A stretch of 64,000 bases of DNA from the human T2T-CHM13v2.0 reference genome, Homo sapiens. A model generated the notes under the pieces. The model worked only from the letters and a program-made list of their open reading frames with translations. It did not search any database and was not told the origin of the DNA. Numbering within the stretch: the stretch's first letter is position 1; every line of letters starts with the position of its first letter. Made by a program: the position numbers and the translations under genes. Below, one piece after another: positions 13,901-26,490 of the stretch. The DNA is taken from NCBI RefSeq assembly GCF_009914755.1, contig NC_060929.1; one strand, given 5' to 3'.

Positions 13901-14824
13901 ATCCCAGGGACTTCAGCTGTGGGTTCCCTTTGTGTTCCTAACTCAGCTGGGCTTATAGTACATTTTAAGTCTTGGTGACTCATAGTCTGTTTGTTGTGTT
14001 GCCTCATTTAAATTGTGGCATCATAAATCATTTCATTTTTTAATCATTTGAGTAGCAAACACCCCAAAGCATTGAAGTTAACAATGTTAATGGAGGTTTA
14101 CTTTGGATCCCATTGTTTTAATATGACAAATGGCCATGCATCAAGCTGCGTAGCACAGTTTATTTATGCAGACATAATTAGCCCTTTGAAATGAAATATA
14201 CAGTGAGCCATTTGCCAGAAATTCAAAGTCTGCTCAACATGGCCCATCCTCCAATCTTACTCCTCCTATGTGCTTGATAGGTTCAAGGCAGAATGTAAGC
14301 AAGGATACTCTTGGCTGGGGGAAATTGGAATTAGGATTAAGGAAGAAGTTACCTTGTATTCAGAATGGAACACTTTCTTCTCCATTTCTTTGACTTTTTG
14401 GGGGACTTCCAATAGGAGAGACTTGAAAAGTTGGAAAAGAAATTATTTTTGGTTCTAAATATCTGAAGAAGGGGTAGTTCCCCAAAAGAGTCTCATTGAA
14501 GACAGGGAGTTTCATGCACTGGAAGACACTGTCCTCTAACATGCAGGTTCTGGGGAGAAACTGTAGAATATTCTTTCTCAGAGATCTTGGAGAACAACAT
14601 ATGTAAGCTAATTTTCAGGATCTTATCAAAACTTTATAGGGTCTTTTTCCCTGTATGTGTTTACTTTGTTGTGCTTATATGTGTGTGTGGGTGGGTTGGG
14701 GGGAGGGGAGCAGGAATAGAAGATGTAGTAGTTCATTCATGGATGAACAGTTACTGCTTTAAGAACTCAATTACTTACATTTTAATAGCTAGTGCATAGG
14801 GACCACGTTGGCATAACAGACAAG

Positions 14825-14845
14825 TTCTGGGAATGATGAGTCATC
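14825..14845. promoter_or_regulatory. Candidate composite element: STAT/GAS + TEAD + AP-1
   Basis: TTCTGGGAA (14825-33), GGAATG (14830-35), TGAGTCA (14837-43). Motif match only. Confidence 0.4.
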
Positions 14846-15698
14846 CCTCACAAATTCATTTCAGCTTCCCACTTTTGTACATGCATAAGTAGGCCCAATC
14901 TTCCTCATTAATCTGAGGGGTAGTATCAATGAGGGCAGAAAGAGGGGACAGAGGCTGCCTCCAGGGTTCCATAAGTTATGTCACAGTGATGGCAATCACT
15001 ATATCTCTTTTGCTTAGCATGAAATGTCAAAGGAGGTGAGTGACCGCTTAAAAGTCTGGGCTCTGATGCACCAAGTGTTTTTTTTTTTTTCTGTTGAAAT
15101 TAATATAGCATCTCCTTAATAACAGAGGGCCAGGACTCCAGCAGTGAGCAGTGGATCAGTACTATTTGGGATGAGTCTTTTCTCTGGGCTCAGCTAATTA
15201 GTTATGGAATTGGCCTCATGCCAGCCACCACCATACATACCTGGGTTCTGACATGCTCTCAGAACCAGCCTGGTGCTTTTTAAGATGCCAGTAGATTCTT
15301 GGATTCCATGTTGACCAAATTTTGTCTGTTTAAGCAAGATATATCTGCTGGACAAGAGATGACACATATTTCTACATTTTCTTAGAATGTAGGAAATAGG
15401 ATTTAATTTTAGGGAGGCTATTCCTAGCCAATAACAAGAATTTCCAGAAGTTTTACACCTGTTTCTACCTTCGTTTCCAAGAAAAGCCTTCTAGCTATTC
15501 ACCTAATCCTAGCCCCCCAGGAGTTACTATCATAATCTCTGTCTATATAGTTATTAATAAACCTTTTATGTTTTATAACGTGACACAAAGTAGTCTTCTT
15601 TTGGGGTGAGGACTGTTCAATGAATGTTGATTGTTGTTGCCCTGGTGCAAATGACCTACCAGTAAATTTCCAGGAAAACCCTGGCTCCCAGAACTTAG

Positions 15699-16127
<429 letters not shown>

Positions 16128-16360
16128 TAATCTCTGGAACTGTAAATTCAGTCTCTGTGTGTAGCATCGTTGAGAGAAGTAAGTGGAGAATTGACTACTT
16201 TTTTGGGGTTGAAAAAATTTAAGCATTGTTAGTTGTGAGACTTAATCCCATTCAAGTTTTATTAACTTTTAAATCTATGCCTGGAACATCTATGGATGAA
16301 ATAAAGCAAAGGCTTTTGATCCGAAAACAGTGCTTTTAGAGAAATGCTATTCTAAGGGAT

Positions 16361-16468
16361 TTCTTCTTTCTTTCTTTTCTTTCTCTTTCTTTCTTTCTCT
16401 TTCTTTCTTTCTTTCTTTCCTTCTTTCCTTTCTTTCCTTTCTTTCCTTTCTTTCTTTCTTTCTTTCTT
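16361..16468. repeat. (TTTC)n/(TTCC) microsatellite derived from the L1 poly(A) tail
   Basis: Read directly; lies between the L1 3' end and its TSD. Confidence 0.9.
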
Positions 16469-18156
16469 ATTGTACTTTAAGTTCTAGGGTACATGTGCAT
16501 AACGTGCAGGTTTCATACATAGGTATACATGTGCCATGTTGGTTTGCTGGACCCATCAACTCATCATTTACATTGGGTATTTCTCCTAATGCTATCCTTC
16601 CCCCAGCCCCCGACCCCCTGACAGACCCTGGTGTGTGATGTTCCCCACCCCGTGTTCAAGTGTTCTCATTGTTCAATTCCCACCTATGAGTGAGAACATG
16701 CGGTGTTTGGTTTTCCGTCCTCGTGATAGTTTGCTGAGAATGATGGTTCCCAGCTTCATCCATGTCCCTGCAAAGGACATGAACTCATCCTTTTTAATGG
16801 CTGCACAGTATTCCATGGTGTATATGTGCCACATTTTCTTAATCCAGTCTATCATTGTTGGACATTTGGGTTGGTTCCAAGTCTTTGCTAATGTGAATAG
16901 TGCCACAGTAAACATACGTGTGCATGTGTCTTTATAGTAGCATGATTTATAATCCTTTGGGTATATACCCAGTAATGGGATGGCTGGGTCAAATGGTATT
17001 TCTAGTTCCAGATCCTTGAGGAATCGCCTCACTGTCTTCCACAATGGTTGAACTAATTTACACTCCCACCAACAGTGTAAAAGCGTTCCTATTTCTCCAC
17101 ATCCTCTCCAGCACCTGTTGTTTCCTGACTTTTTAATGATCACCATTGTAACTGGCGTGAGATGGTATCTCATTATGGTTTTGATTTGCATTTCTCTGAT
17201 GACCAGTGATGATGAGGATTTTTTCATGTGTCGTTTGGCTGCATAAATGTCTTCTTTTGAGAAGTGTCTGTTCATATCCTTTGCCCACTTGTTGATGGGA
17301 TTGTTTGTTTTTTTCTTGTAAATTTGTTTGAGTTCTTTGTAGTTTCTGGATATTAGCCCTTTGTCAGATAAGTAGATTGCAAAAATTTTCTCCCATTCTG
17401 TAGGTTACCTGTTCATTCTGTTAGTTTCTTTTGCTGTGCAGAAGCTCTTTAGTTTAATTAGATCCCATTTGTCTATTTTGGCTTTTGTTGCCATTGCTTT
17501 TGGTGTTTTAGTCATGAAGTCCTTGCCCATGCCTATGTCCTGAATGGTATTGGCTAGGTTTTCTTGTAGGGTTATGGTTTTAGGTCTAACATGTAAGTCT
17601 TTAATCCATCTTGAATTAATTTTTGTATAAGGTGTAAGGAAGGGATCCAGTTTCAGCTTTCTACATATAGCTAGCCAGTTTTCCCAGCACCATTTATTAA
17701 ATAGGGAATCGTTTCCCCATTTCTTATTTTTGTCAGGTTTGTCAAAGATCAGATGGTTGTAGATGTGTAGTGTTATTTCTGAGGGCTCTGTTCTGTTCCA
17801 TTGGTCTATGTCTCTGTTTTGGTACCAGTACCATGCTGATTTGGTTACTGTTGCCTTGTAGTATAGTTTGAAGTCAGGTAGCATGATGCCTCCAGCTTTG
17901 TTCTTTTGGCTTAGGATTGTCTTGGCAATGCGGGCTCTTTTTTGCTTCCATATGAACTTTAAAGTAGTTTTCTAATTTTGTGAAGAAAGTCATTGGTAGC
18001 CTGATGGGGATAGCATTGAATCTATATATTACCTTGGGCAGTATGGCCATTTTCACAATATTGATTCTTCCTATCCATGAGCATGGAATGTTCTTCCATT
18101 TGTTAGCGTCCTCTTGTATTTTGTTGAGCAGTGATTTGTAGTTCTTCTTTACATCC
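16466..18156 (-). mobile_element. 5'-truncated L1PA (about L1PA5-7), 1.7 kb: 3' UTR plus frameshifted ORF2 C-terminus
   Basis: ORFs 16673..17275, 17405..17884 and 17874..18056 are L1 ORF2p pieces ([14 protein letters not shown]; [26 protein letters not shown]). 15-bp TSD tctaagggatttctt (16351-16365) and tctgagggatttctt (18157-18171). Confidence 0.97.
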
Positions 18157-18633
18157 TCTGAGGGATTTCTTATAGAGCAGGGTAAGAAGAAAAGGGAGGA
18201 GTGATATTTTACCGTGAAACCATATAAAACATACCAAATTCAGGACTTGGTATATCATTATCATCAACTATAATTATCATTAACAAATAACATCTTCAAA
18301 TTCTAAGTATGGCAAAAATCTCCTGGGGTATTTATTAAACCTGTAGGTCTATCCTAAATTCACTGAATTTAGGTGTGTGAGAAACACCTTGCGTTGTAAA
18401 CAAGCACAAAATTTGAGGACATTAAATAAAGGTACACTGCTTATCATATCATCATGTGTCTATAAATATTTCCTTTCCTTTATTTCATTAAAAAATATCT
18501 GGAGTATTAAGATGTGTTCCACTTAGGATCTAAGACAGGGAGAATCAGAAAATTCAATATTTCAAACCTAAGCAATTCCTGTTTATAAAAATAGCATCTG
18601 CACTGATTGGCAGCTTGCCTGCCTGCCTGTCCA

Positions 18634-19080
18634 CCTTCCTTCCTCCTTCCCTCCCTTCCCCTTCCCCTTTACTTTCCCTTCCCATTTCCCTTTCCTTTTC
18701 CCTTTCCCTTCCCTTCCCTTCCCTGTCCTTTCCTTCCCTTCTCTTTCCTTTCCTTCCCTTCCTTTCCTTTCTATTCCCTCCCCTCCCCTCCCCTCCTCTC
18801 CCCTTCCCCTTCCCTCCCCTTCCCTCCCCTCTCCTTCCTCTCCCCTTCCCTCCCCTCCCCTCCCCTTCCCTTCCCTTCCTCTCCCCTTCCCTTTTCCCTT
18901 CCCTTCCTCTCCCCTCCCCTTCCCTTCCTCTCCCCTTCCCTTCCCTCCCGTTCCTTTCCTCTCCCCTTCCCTTCCCTCCCCTCCCGTCCCCTTCCCTTCC
19001 TTCTCTCCCTCCCTCCTTCCCTTTTTCTCTCCCTCCTTTTTTTCTTCCCTCCTCCTTTTTTCTCTCTTTATCTCTTTCTC
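18634..19080. repeat. About 450-nt polypyrimidine low-complexity tract, (CCCTT)n/(CCTT)n-like
   Basis: Only about 7 purines counted in the tract. Source of the spurious Pro/Ser/Leu/Phe-rich ORFs at 18607 and 18615. Confidence 0.95.
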
Positions 19081-19247
19081 AACAGCAGTTAGCCCTGAAA
19101 GGTTATCTTAAAGAATTAAGAAATTTTCAAGCATGAGGAATAACTATTTTCTTAATATATTTAGCAGTACACATATGTTTTTTGGTTAGAATCAGGCACA
19201 CAGAATCTTTTTGTAGTGACTTTATTTAAATTCTGTCATTTATTTAG

Positions 19248-19549
<302 letters not shown>

Positions 19550-19779
19550 TAGGAATATTTTTAAAATGATAAAGCCCATGTGTTCCATTAAAGTGTTTAT
19601 GGCATTAAGTGATTAAAAATTGCTTTTGAGCCAAATGATAGCCAATAAACAGTTACTAGTTCTCTCAAGAGATGGTCTGGGAATTCAGTGCCACTGCAAT
19701 CCTGCTTACATTTCTTTATTCTTAATAGCACACAGTATTGTCTGCTACTTTTTTCATTATATTAAAAATTATGGTGATG

Positions 19780-20162
19780 CACGTGTTCTCACTCATATGT
19801 GGGAGCTAAAAAATTGATCTAATGGAAGCAGTGAATAAGATGGTTACTAGAAGCTAGGAAGGCTAGTAGGGAGGGGAGATAAGGAGGGTTTGGTAAATGG
19901 GCACAAAAATACTGTTAGGAGGAATAAGATCTAGTGGTCACTAGCACAATAGGGCAGCCATAGTTAATGAGAATTTATTGTGTATTTCAAAATAGCCAGA
20001 AGAGTAGGTTTGGAATGTTTCCCACACAAAGAAATAATAAATATTTGAGGTGATGGCTAGCTCAGTTACCCATGTTTGATTACTATATGTTGTATGCTTA
20101 CATCAAAATTTCACATATATTCTATAAATATGTACCAGTATTATATAAAAAAAGAAAAGTTA
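19780..20162 (+). mobile_element. L1MA-type 3' end
   Basis: tgttctcactcatatgtgggagctaaaaaa...gaataagatctagtg...tatttcaaaatagccagaagag...ttgaggtgatgg with an A-rich end. Confidence 0.85.
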
Positions 20163-20559
20163 AAGAAATTATTATTAATGTTGACAGCATTTACCGTATG
20201 CCTGGCATTGTTCTGTGCACTTTGCACATACTATCCACCTTAATCCTTGAATCTTCCTTTTGAGGGTGGTGTAATTATTTCCATTTACTATGTCAGAAAC
20301 CGAAGCCTCGAGTGGCTGTGTCTATCACAACACCATGATGCATCGGAGTCATAAATTTTAATATCTATCTTTCTCAGCAGATTGGATAAAAGTAACTTGA
20401 GGCCAAAGGTCATGTCTGACTCAAATGTATATTCTCAAGTTTTGATTCATATTTTCTGAATGAACAATGATGATAAGAGTTACTTATTGATATTGAATGC
20501 TTATTATATGTCTGGTACAGTGCCAAATGTTTTGTTTCTAGGACTACCTAGGGTTGCAT

Positions 20560-20765
20560 ATCAGCTCTGTTCCTTACTAGAAGTGAGTTCTTGGGTTAGT
20601 TGTTTAGCCTTTCTGTACCCTGGGTGCCTCAAAGACAAAATGGAAATAGTAATAGTATCTGTTCCATAAAGCAGTTTGAGAATGACGTCAGTTAACATAT
20701 AAAGCACTTAGAACAGTGCCTGGCACAGAGCAGGCAGCTTGTGCATATTAACTATCATTATTATT
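20560..20765 (+). mobile_element. MIR SINE
   Basis: aaaatggaaatagtaatagtatct...taaagcacttagaacagtgcctggcaca. Confidence 0.75.
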
Positions 20766-23700
20766 TCCAACCTAGACATATCCCCTTCTGACGTATGTGC
20801 CCTTTTCATAACAGCTATCCTACTTTATGTCATACTTAAAAATTTTTATGTAGAGAGTTCCAAACTTCCTTTGTCTATTACTTGAGCCAAACTTCTATAT
20901 TGTAGTATTTTCAGTGCTAAGAATCCCATGCATTACCACGTGGGGTGTATAAATGTAGAGAAACATCTTAGGCCTTTCAAAATTAGAATTATTCCTAGTT
21001 GTAATTAAATTAAAGTTATCAATTTTCACATAAGTAGGATAAACAAATTCCTCTGTTGAAGTAACAGCAAGTTATGTGGGTGGTTGTGTGTGTGTGTGTG
21101 TTTCCTCTTTCTAACTTATCAAAGAGAAGTTTTGAAATCTTGGATTTTCTATAAGCGCTTTCTAATGGGTTTCCTTGTTTAGTTTTTCACAAGAGCAGGT
21201 ATATCATCCCCGTATCTCTGGTGAAGCACTCTCCAAGTGTGTTGACATTTCAGGAAGTCTTGAATGTTGCTAAATGCATCTGTGTTTTCTGCTGAGTGGT
21301 TGGCCCAGACTCAAAAAAGTGTGCCTACACAAGATAATTTCCAAGTATGATTTCTAACATCATAGAATTGTAGTTGTGCACACATATGTGTATATGCAGG
21401 TCAATATCGCTTAAGCACCTTCCTTTTTTATTAACATCATTGTTTTGGAAGTTTTTAGTTCATTTAAATTAAAAATTATTGTTTTAATTATTTAAAAAAT
21501 TATGTCCCAGATATATTAGCTTTTTGATGTTTTTTCCTATTTTGCCAGGATGTAGAAATTATATCTTTACAGTTGTTGAAATTTGATTAACTCTTACATG
21601 TTATCTTTAACAAATATTATCATGAAGACTATTCTCTGACAAAAAGTATATTTTGTCCATTTAATTCTCCTAGCTTGCAAAATGTACAGTATTCTAATAG
21701 TTATCTCCCTAGTAAAGGCTATGTCAGGAGAGAGGGCACCTTGATATTGATAACACATTTTGTTTTGGAAAGAAGATATAAAGTCAGTGACATACAGTGT
21801 GAGAGGCCTGTGAATATGAAAGTAAAAAGGAAATAATTACTTGATTGCAGACATACTGTTAGTTATCTCTGTCATAATCTCCTTTTCCATTTAAAAGAAA
21901 GTATTCTTACTATTATAGGTAATGCATTTTGCCAAGCAAAGGGGATAGAAGCAGGAATCTTATATAAATCCTTCCTATGCAAACACGTATGTTTTTCCTA
22001 CAACTGAAAGAAATAACTACCTTTGATAGTACTAGTAATCTTTTCCTTTTGGAATTGAGTTAGTGAAAGCTTCCATCATAGGAAGGAAGAAAACTTCTAG
22101 TAGCTTGTTACACATTCCTGAAAAAAAAGACAAAAGAGCAAAACACAACCTAAATATCCTTTTTTATTAAAAGTCAGAATTAGCATTGCAAATACAATCC
22201 AGAACTTCAGAGCTGTCACTTAGCATGAACCTTTTGATAAATTGGATCCTGATATTTACAAAATCTATTAAAATACAACCAATAGTGTGTTTGTTTATAT
22301 GTTGACAAGATGATATACACCCTGAAGGTCAAGGGTGATGTGAACTGTTATGGTGTTCTTGTCAAAGTAGCTGAAAAAAGTGGGGTGGTGGCTATTTAAA
22401 GAGTTTTGATGGAATAATGGCTTTACCACAAGTGTGACAGCAAATGCAAGGATCATCTTGAAAAAGTTCAGTTGATTTGAAACAAAAATCTGTGATGTTT
22501 ATCAATCAAAAAAAAAAAAAGGAAAGTCTCTTCTTCCTTCTGTAGCATGTTAGAAAGTTGGCAGCTCAAATGGAAAAACAAATAGTGAAGTTAAACAGAA
22601 AGAAAAGCATTGATTTAACTTCTTGGGTGGTTTATCAAATGCCACACGAACTTTTCATTCTGTCTTGTCATTTATTAATTACCCTCTTTTAATCAAGCCA
22701 GTTAAAGATCAGTTTACAAACTTTTGGGTTACTTCTGTGTAAATAGTTCCAACAACTCAAAGTCACTTTGTCCTTTTACTAAATAATCTTCTCTAATTGT
22801 TAGCCAAGTTGTACTTCTTTTTCTCTCATAAAAACTCGAAATTTATCTGAAAAATAAATGTGGGATTTAAATAATGCTTTTCCCAGCATGATTTTATTAC
22901 TACATTTGAGTTCCTTGTTCTCTTTTTCTTAACAATGGTAACGGCCTTAGTTATTAGAGATGTTAGCTCAAAAATGTAACACCGAAAAGAATGTGAATGC
23001 ATTAAAGGTATGTTAAGTTTTTCAGTATAGATCTTTATTTTAGTGTTTCAAACTAGCATCTAGAAAAAAACTGAGTAAAAACTGTATATGTTAATTTCAA
23101 AGTAATAAGTTTATTTTAATGAAAGGAATTGGTACAGTATGTTAACCAAATATGAATTGATATAAGAAGATAGATTTGGATGTTAGATCCCCCCATCTAT
23201 TTAGAAAACATTTAAATTGTTATGTATTTTAAATTATAGCACACACAGAAAGCTAATTTTATGGGCATTTTTAAATTTAATGTTAAAAGGAACTGAGCTT
23301 TTTAATGTGTCTGTCATAAAATGGTTTAATTAAATGAAATTAAGCCAGAATAACTGTAAACAGACATAAAAATTATTAACCTCATATCTCTACCAATCAT
23401 TTTCAATATAGGATTTCTGCTAAACAGTGTGTGGTTTAGCTCCCAGGAATTAATTCTTTGAGTACATTTAAATAAATTGGATCATCTCAAGTTACTGCTC
23501 CGAAGGCAGAGATCTGCAATAGAATGTTACCTAAGACATCAGTGTTTTAAGAAGCTAATCACATCGCAATGCAGGGACATTTAACCTGCAGTGGTTGACA
23601 CATTCAGCCTCCACAGGCAATAAGGACAAACAGATCTTATCAAAACAATGCATTAAAAAGAGCAAAAGTATTCTTAAAAAAAAAAAAAACCCAAGTCACT

Positions 23701-25639
23701 GATCCCTGTACTCCTTAAATAATTAAAAACTTTTGCTGAAAGCAAATTAACTCTGTGGTTTTCTTGACTTACAGGTTCATGATCACCTCAGAATTAGCAA
23801 TTATTAGATGGTTTACAGAGGCCGGAAACTGTGGTGAGGTAAACATATATCAAAGTATTATGAAAACAATTAAGTGCTACACAAGTGGGAAGTGTTATCA
23901 TATTAACATGAATGAAGCTACCTTTGCCTGTGTGCATTTAAAACATTTTATTTATTCTATCAGATGAAGGTTTAGAAACCAGCAACTCAGACACAAGTAG
24001 TGGAAAATCTTTAAGGCAACATTAAGACTTCTGAAGTTCACCATGCTGAAAAAGCTGAGGTTGTTGCCCAAAACAAAAATAAAACAGAACAGAAAGACAT
24101 CATTAACTGTAAGAGTGAATGCAGACATTTCTCCACTCAGGTGGCTTGTGCATGTCCAAGGGCTGAGCTCAGCTTTGTATTAAAGACCTGTGGATTTAAT
24201 AAAACTTTAGGGTGAACCAATTTATGGTTGCTATAGATGGGAAGTTAGTAACACAACATTACAACAACCACCCTCCCTCCACCCCCTGCAACTCCCTAGC
24301 CTAGAGCCCTCTAAGCCATTAAACTATTACTAAAGCTGATTAATCAACCCTGACTGCTTCTAAATAAAACAAATGATTTAAGAATTAAAGTTTCTGTATC
24401 CTATTATCAAACTCATTAAGTCATCTCAAACTGCTGAATTTTGGATGAATTTCTAAATTCCTAAGAATGTATTCATACACATTTATTCTCCCCTCCCCAT
24501 ATTTATCCATGATACACAAATATTAAAATAATCAGACCAATCCGCTTGGACAGTGGAGATCAACATAATCACTTTAAAGTTTTGTTAGATTGTTTTGTTA
24601 ACTGTCATACTGCCTTGGGATATTTTAAAATAATTTTTTATTACTTTTTCACTCGCACTAAAGTAAAGGAAATTAAAGTATGAAAATTTTATTTGCAGAC
24701 GGTCTAAGATCTTACGGTAGAAATGAAACTTTCTTGTTGGGCCAACTCTCACTGTTCTGCTAGACGTGCATGGGTTTTGCAGAGGCCTCTTTGAAGTGAG
24801 AGTGACCAGATTTCTTGTGAGTTTCAGGGAAGATTTCAATTACAAGTTTATATTTCAACCCCATCCCTCTCTGAAGTCAGACCTTTATCTCCTTTTGGAA
24901 ATCATTCCATTTACGAGTTTTAAGACTATGATCATATGACTACAATTTGAATATATTCTTTGGCATGTTACATGGTGACCCACCACTTCTATTTTATTTC
25001 TGTCCTGGTCGTTTTAATGTGTTTATAGGGTTCATGTTGGCCGAGAACTGCTGTGAGATATGGCACGTTATTCACCGAACAGAGTAGACTGTTTTGCGAA
25101 GTAGACACCCGAGAGGCTAAAGTGTTTTTCACTGTTATTATTTTCTTTTATTTTGTAGAAAGAATGAAAATATAAAAAGAAAAAATAACTTAATTAGAAA
25201 CTAAGTAGCCAGTACATCTAAGAGATTACACATATATTTTAGCACATTTGACTCTATTTTGGAGCCTTTTGACCAAATTTTTCTTCTGAATTTTAATTCT
25301 CTTATTTGAGAATAAGGGGCTGGAGATGTTATTTGAATTGCTTTTTTAATTTGCCGATGGTGGTAGAAAAAGCTTTAATAGAGGTGATTTTATGTGTGCT
25401 GAATTTAGGCAAAAGACTGCATGTTTCAGTGTATTTCCTCTCCATTTCTTTCTCATTTTCCGTCTTTACTTTCCATATTACTTTCAGCGTTCTCTCTCTG
25501 TCTCACCCACTGCTCTCCTCACTTCCCAGAGTCTGGCTGGCAATGTGTGCATGGGAACCTTAGCAGCTGAGGGGCATCCCAAGTTTGCATTGTGGTTTGG
25601 TGGCAACAACCCACACTCTGCAACCAAGCTCTTGGGGCT

Positions 25640-25830
25640 TTAATTCCCAGCTACATCTCTTTCTAACTGTATAATCTTGTGCAAGACACTTCTTCTCTTC
25701 ATGCCTCAGTTTCCTATATGTGAAATAGGTTAATGGATGGTTGTGAGGATGAAGTGGGATAATATATGGTGCATCCTTCAAACTGTCCCTGACATGAGGT
25801 AAGCACCAGATATGTGTTTGCTGTCATTTC
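25640..25830 (+). mobile_element. MIR SINE
   Basis: tgcctcagtttcctatatgtgaaatagg...ggttgtgaggatgaagtg. Confidence 0.7.
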
Positions 25831-26191
25831 ACAATATACCCATTTCTAAGTTACTTGCACATATGTGTGGACAGTGGGATGTGGAAGAGTAAACTGGAAC
25901 ATGAAATTGGGAGTTGAGAATTCCAAGACCTGAATCTGATTCTGCTGTGAGTCAGTGTGCAAGGTGACTGCAAATCACTATTGGTGTCTTGGGATCATCA
26001 AATTTTAGGATTTAAAAATTTTCATATTACCCTGGCATTTTACTTATGGATGAGCAAGTCAGGAAGTCCTTAGAGCTTAAAATTACTCACCCTCTAGCAC
26101 ACATTGCTAGGGCAGAGCCGGCCTTGGAAGCCAGTGCAGTGTCTTGCTTCTTAAGCCAGTGTTTCCCAAAGTGTGGTATGTTGTTGTGTTT

Positions 26192-26490
26192 AAAACCATC
26201 CTTCTGAGCAAACTAACACAAGAACAGAAAACCAACACTGCATGTTCTCACTCGTAAGTGGGAGTTGAACAATGAGAACACATGGACACAGGGAGGGGAA
26301 CATCACACACCCGGGCCTGTCAGGGGGTGGGGGGCTAAGGGAAGGATAGCATTAGGAGAAATACCTGATGTAGATGATGGGTTGATGGGTGCAGCAAACC
26401 CGCATGGCATGTGTATACCTGTGTAACAGACCTGCACGTTCTGCACATGTATCTCAGAATTTAAAGTATAATAAAAAATAGAAAAAAATA
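26192..26490 (+). mobile_element. L1PA7/8-like 3' end (about 300 nt), apparently inserted in an old hAT-type DNA element (about 26157-26700)
   Basis: tgttctcactcgtaagtgggagttgaacaatgagaacacatggacacagggagggg...ttaaagtataataaaaaa. The flank begins cagtgtttcccaaagtgtgg, an hAT-like terminus. Confidence 0.9.

Noticed and set aside
16673-18056. The 200-aa and 159-aa ORFs as a functional reverse-transcriptase gene
   Set aside because: Frameshifted C-terminal fragments of L1 ORF2 in a 5'-truncated, promoterless copy.
18607-19136. 161-aa and 173-aa Pro/Ser/Leu/Phe-rich ORFs
   Set aside because: Pyrimidine-only DNA cannot contain stop codons, so the ORFs are an artefact of low complexity.
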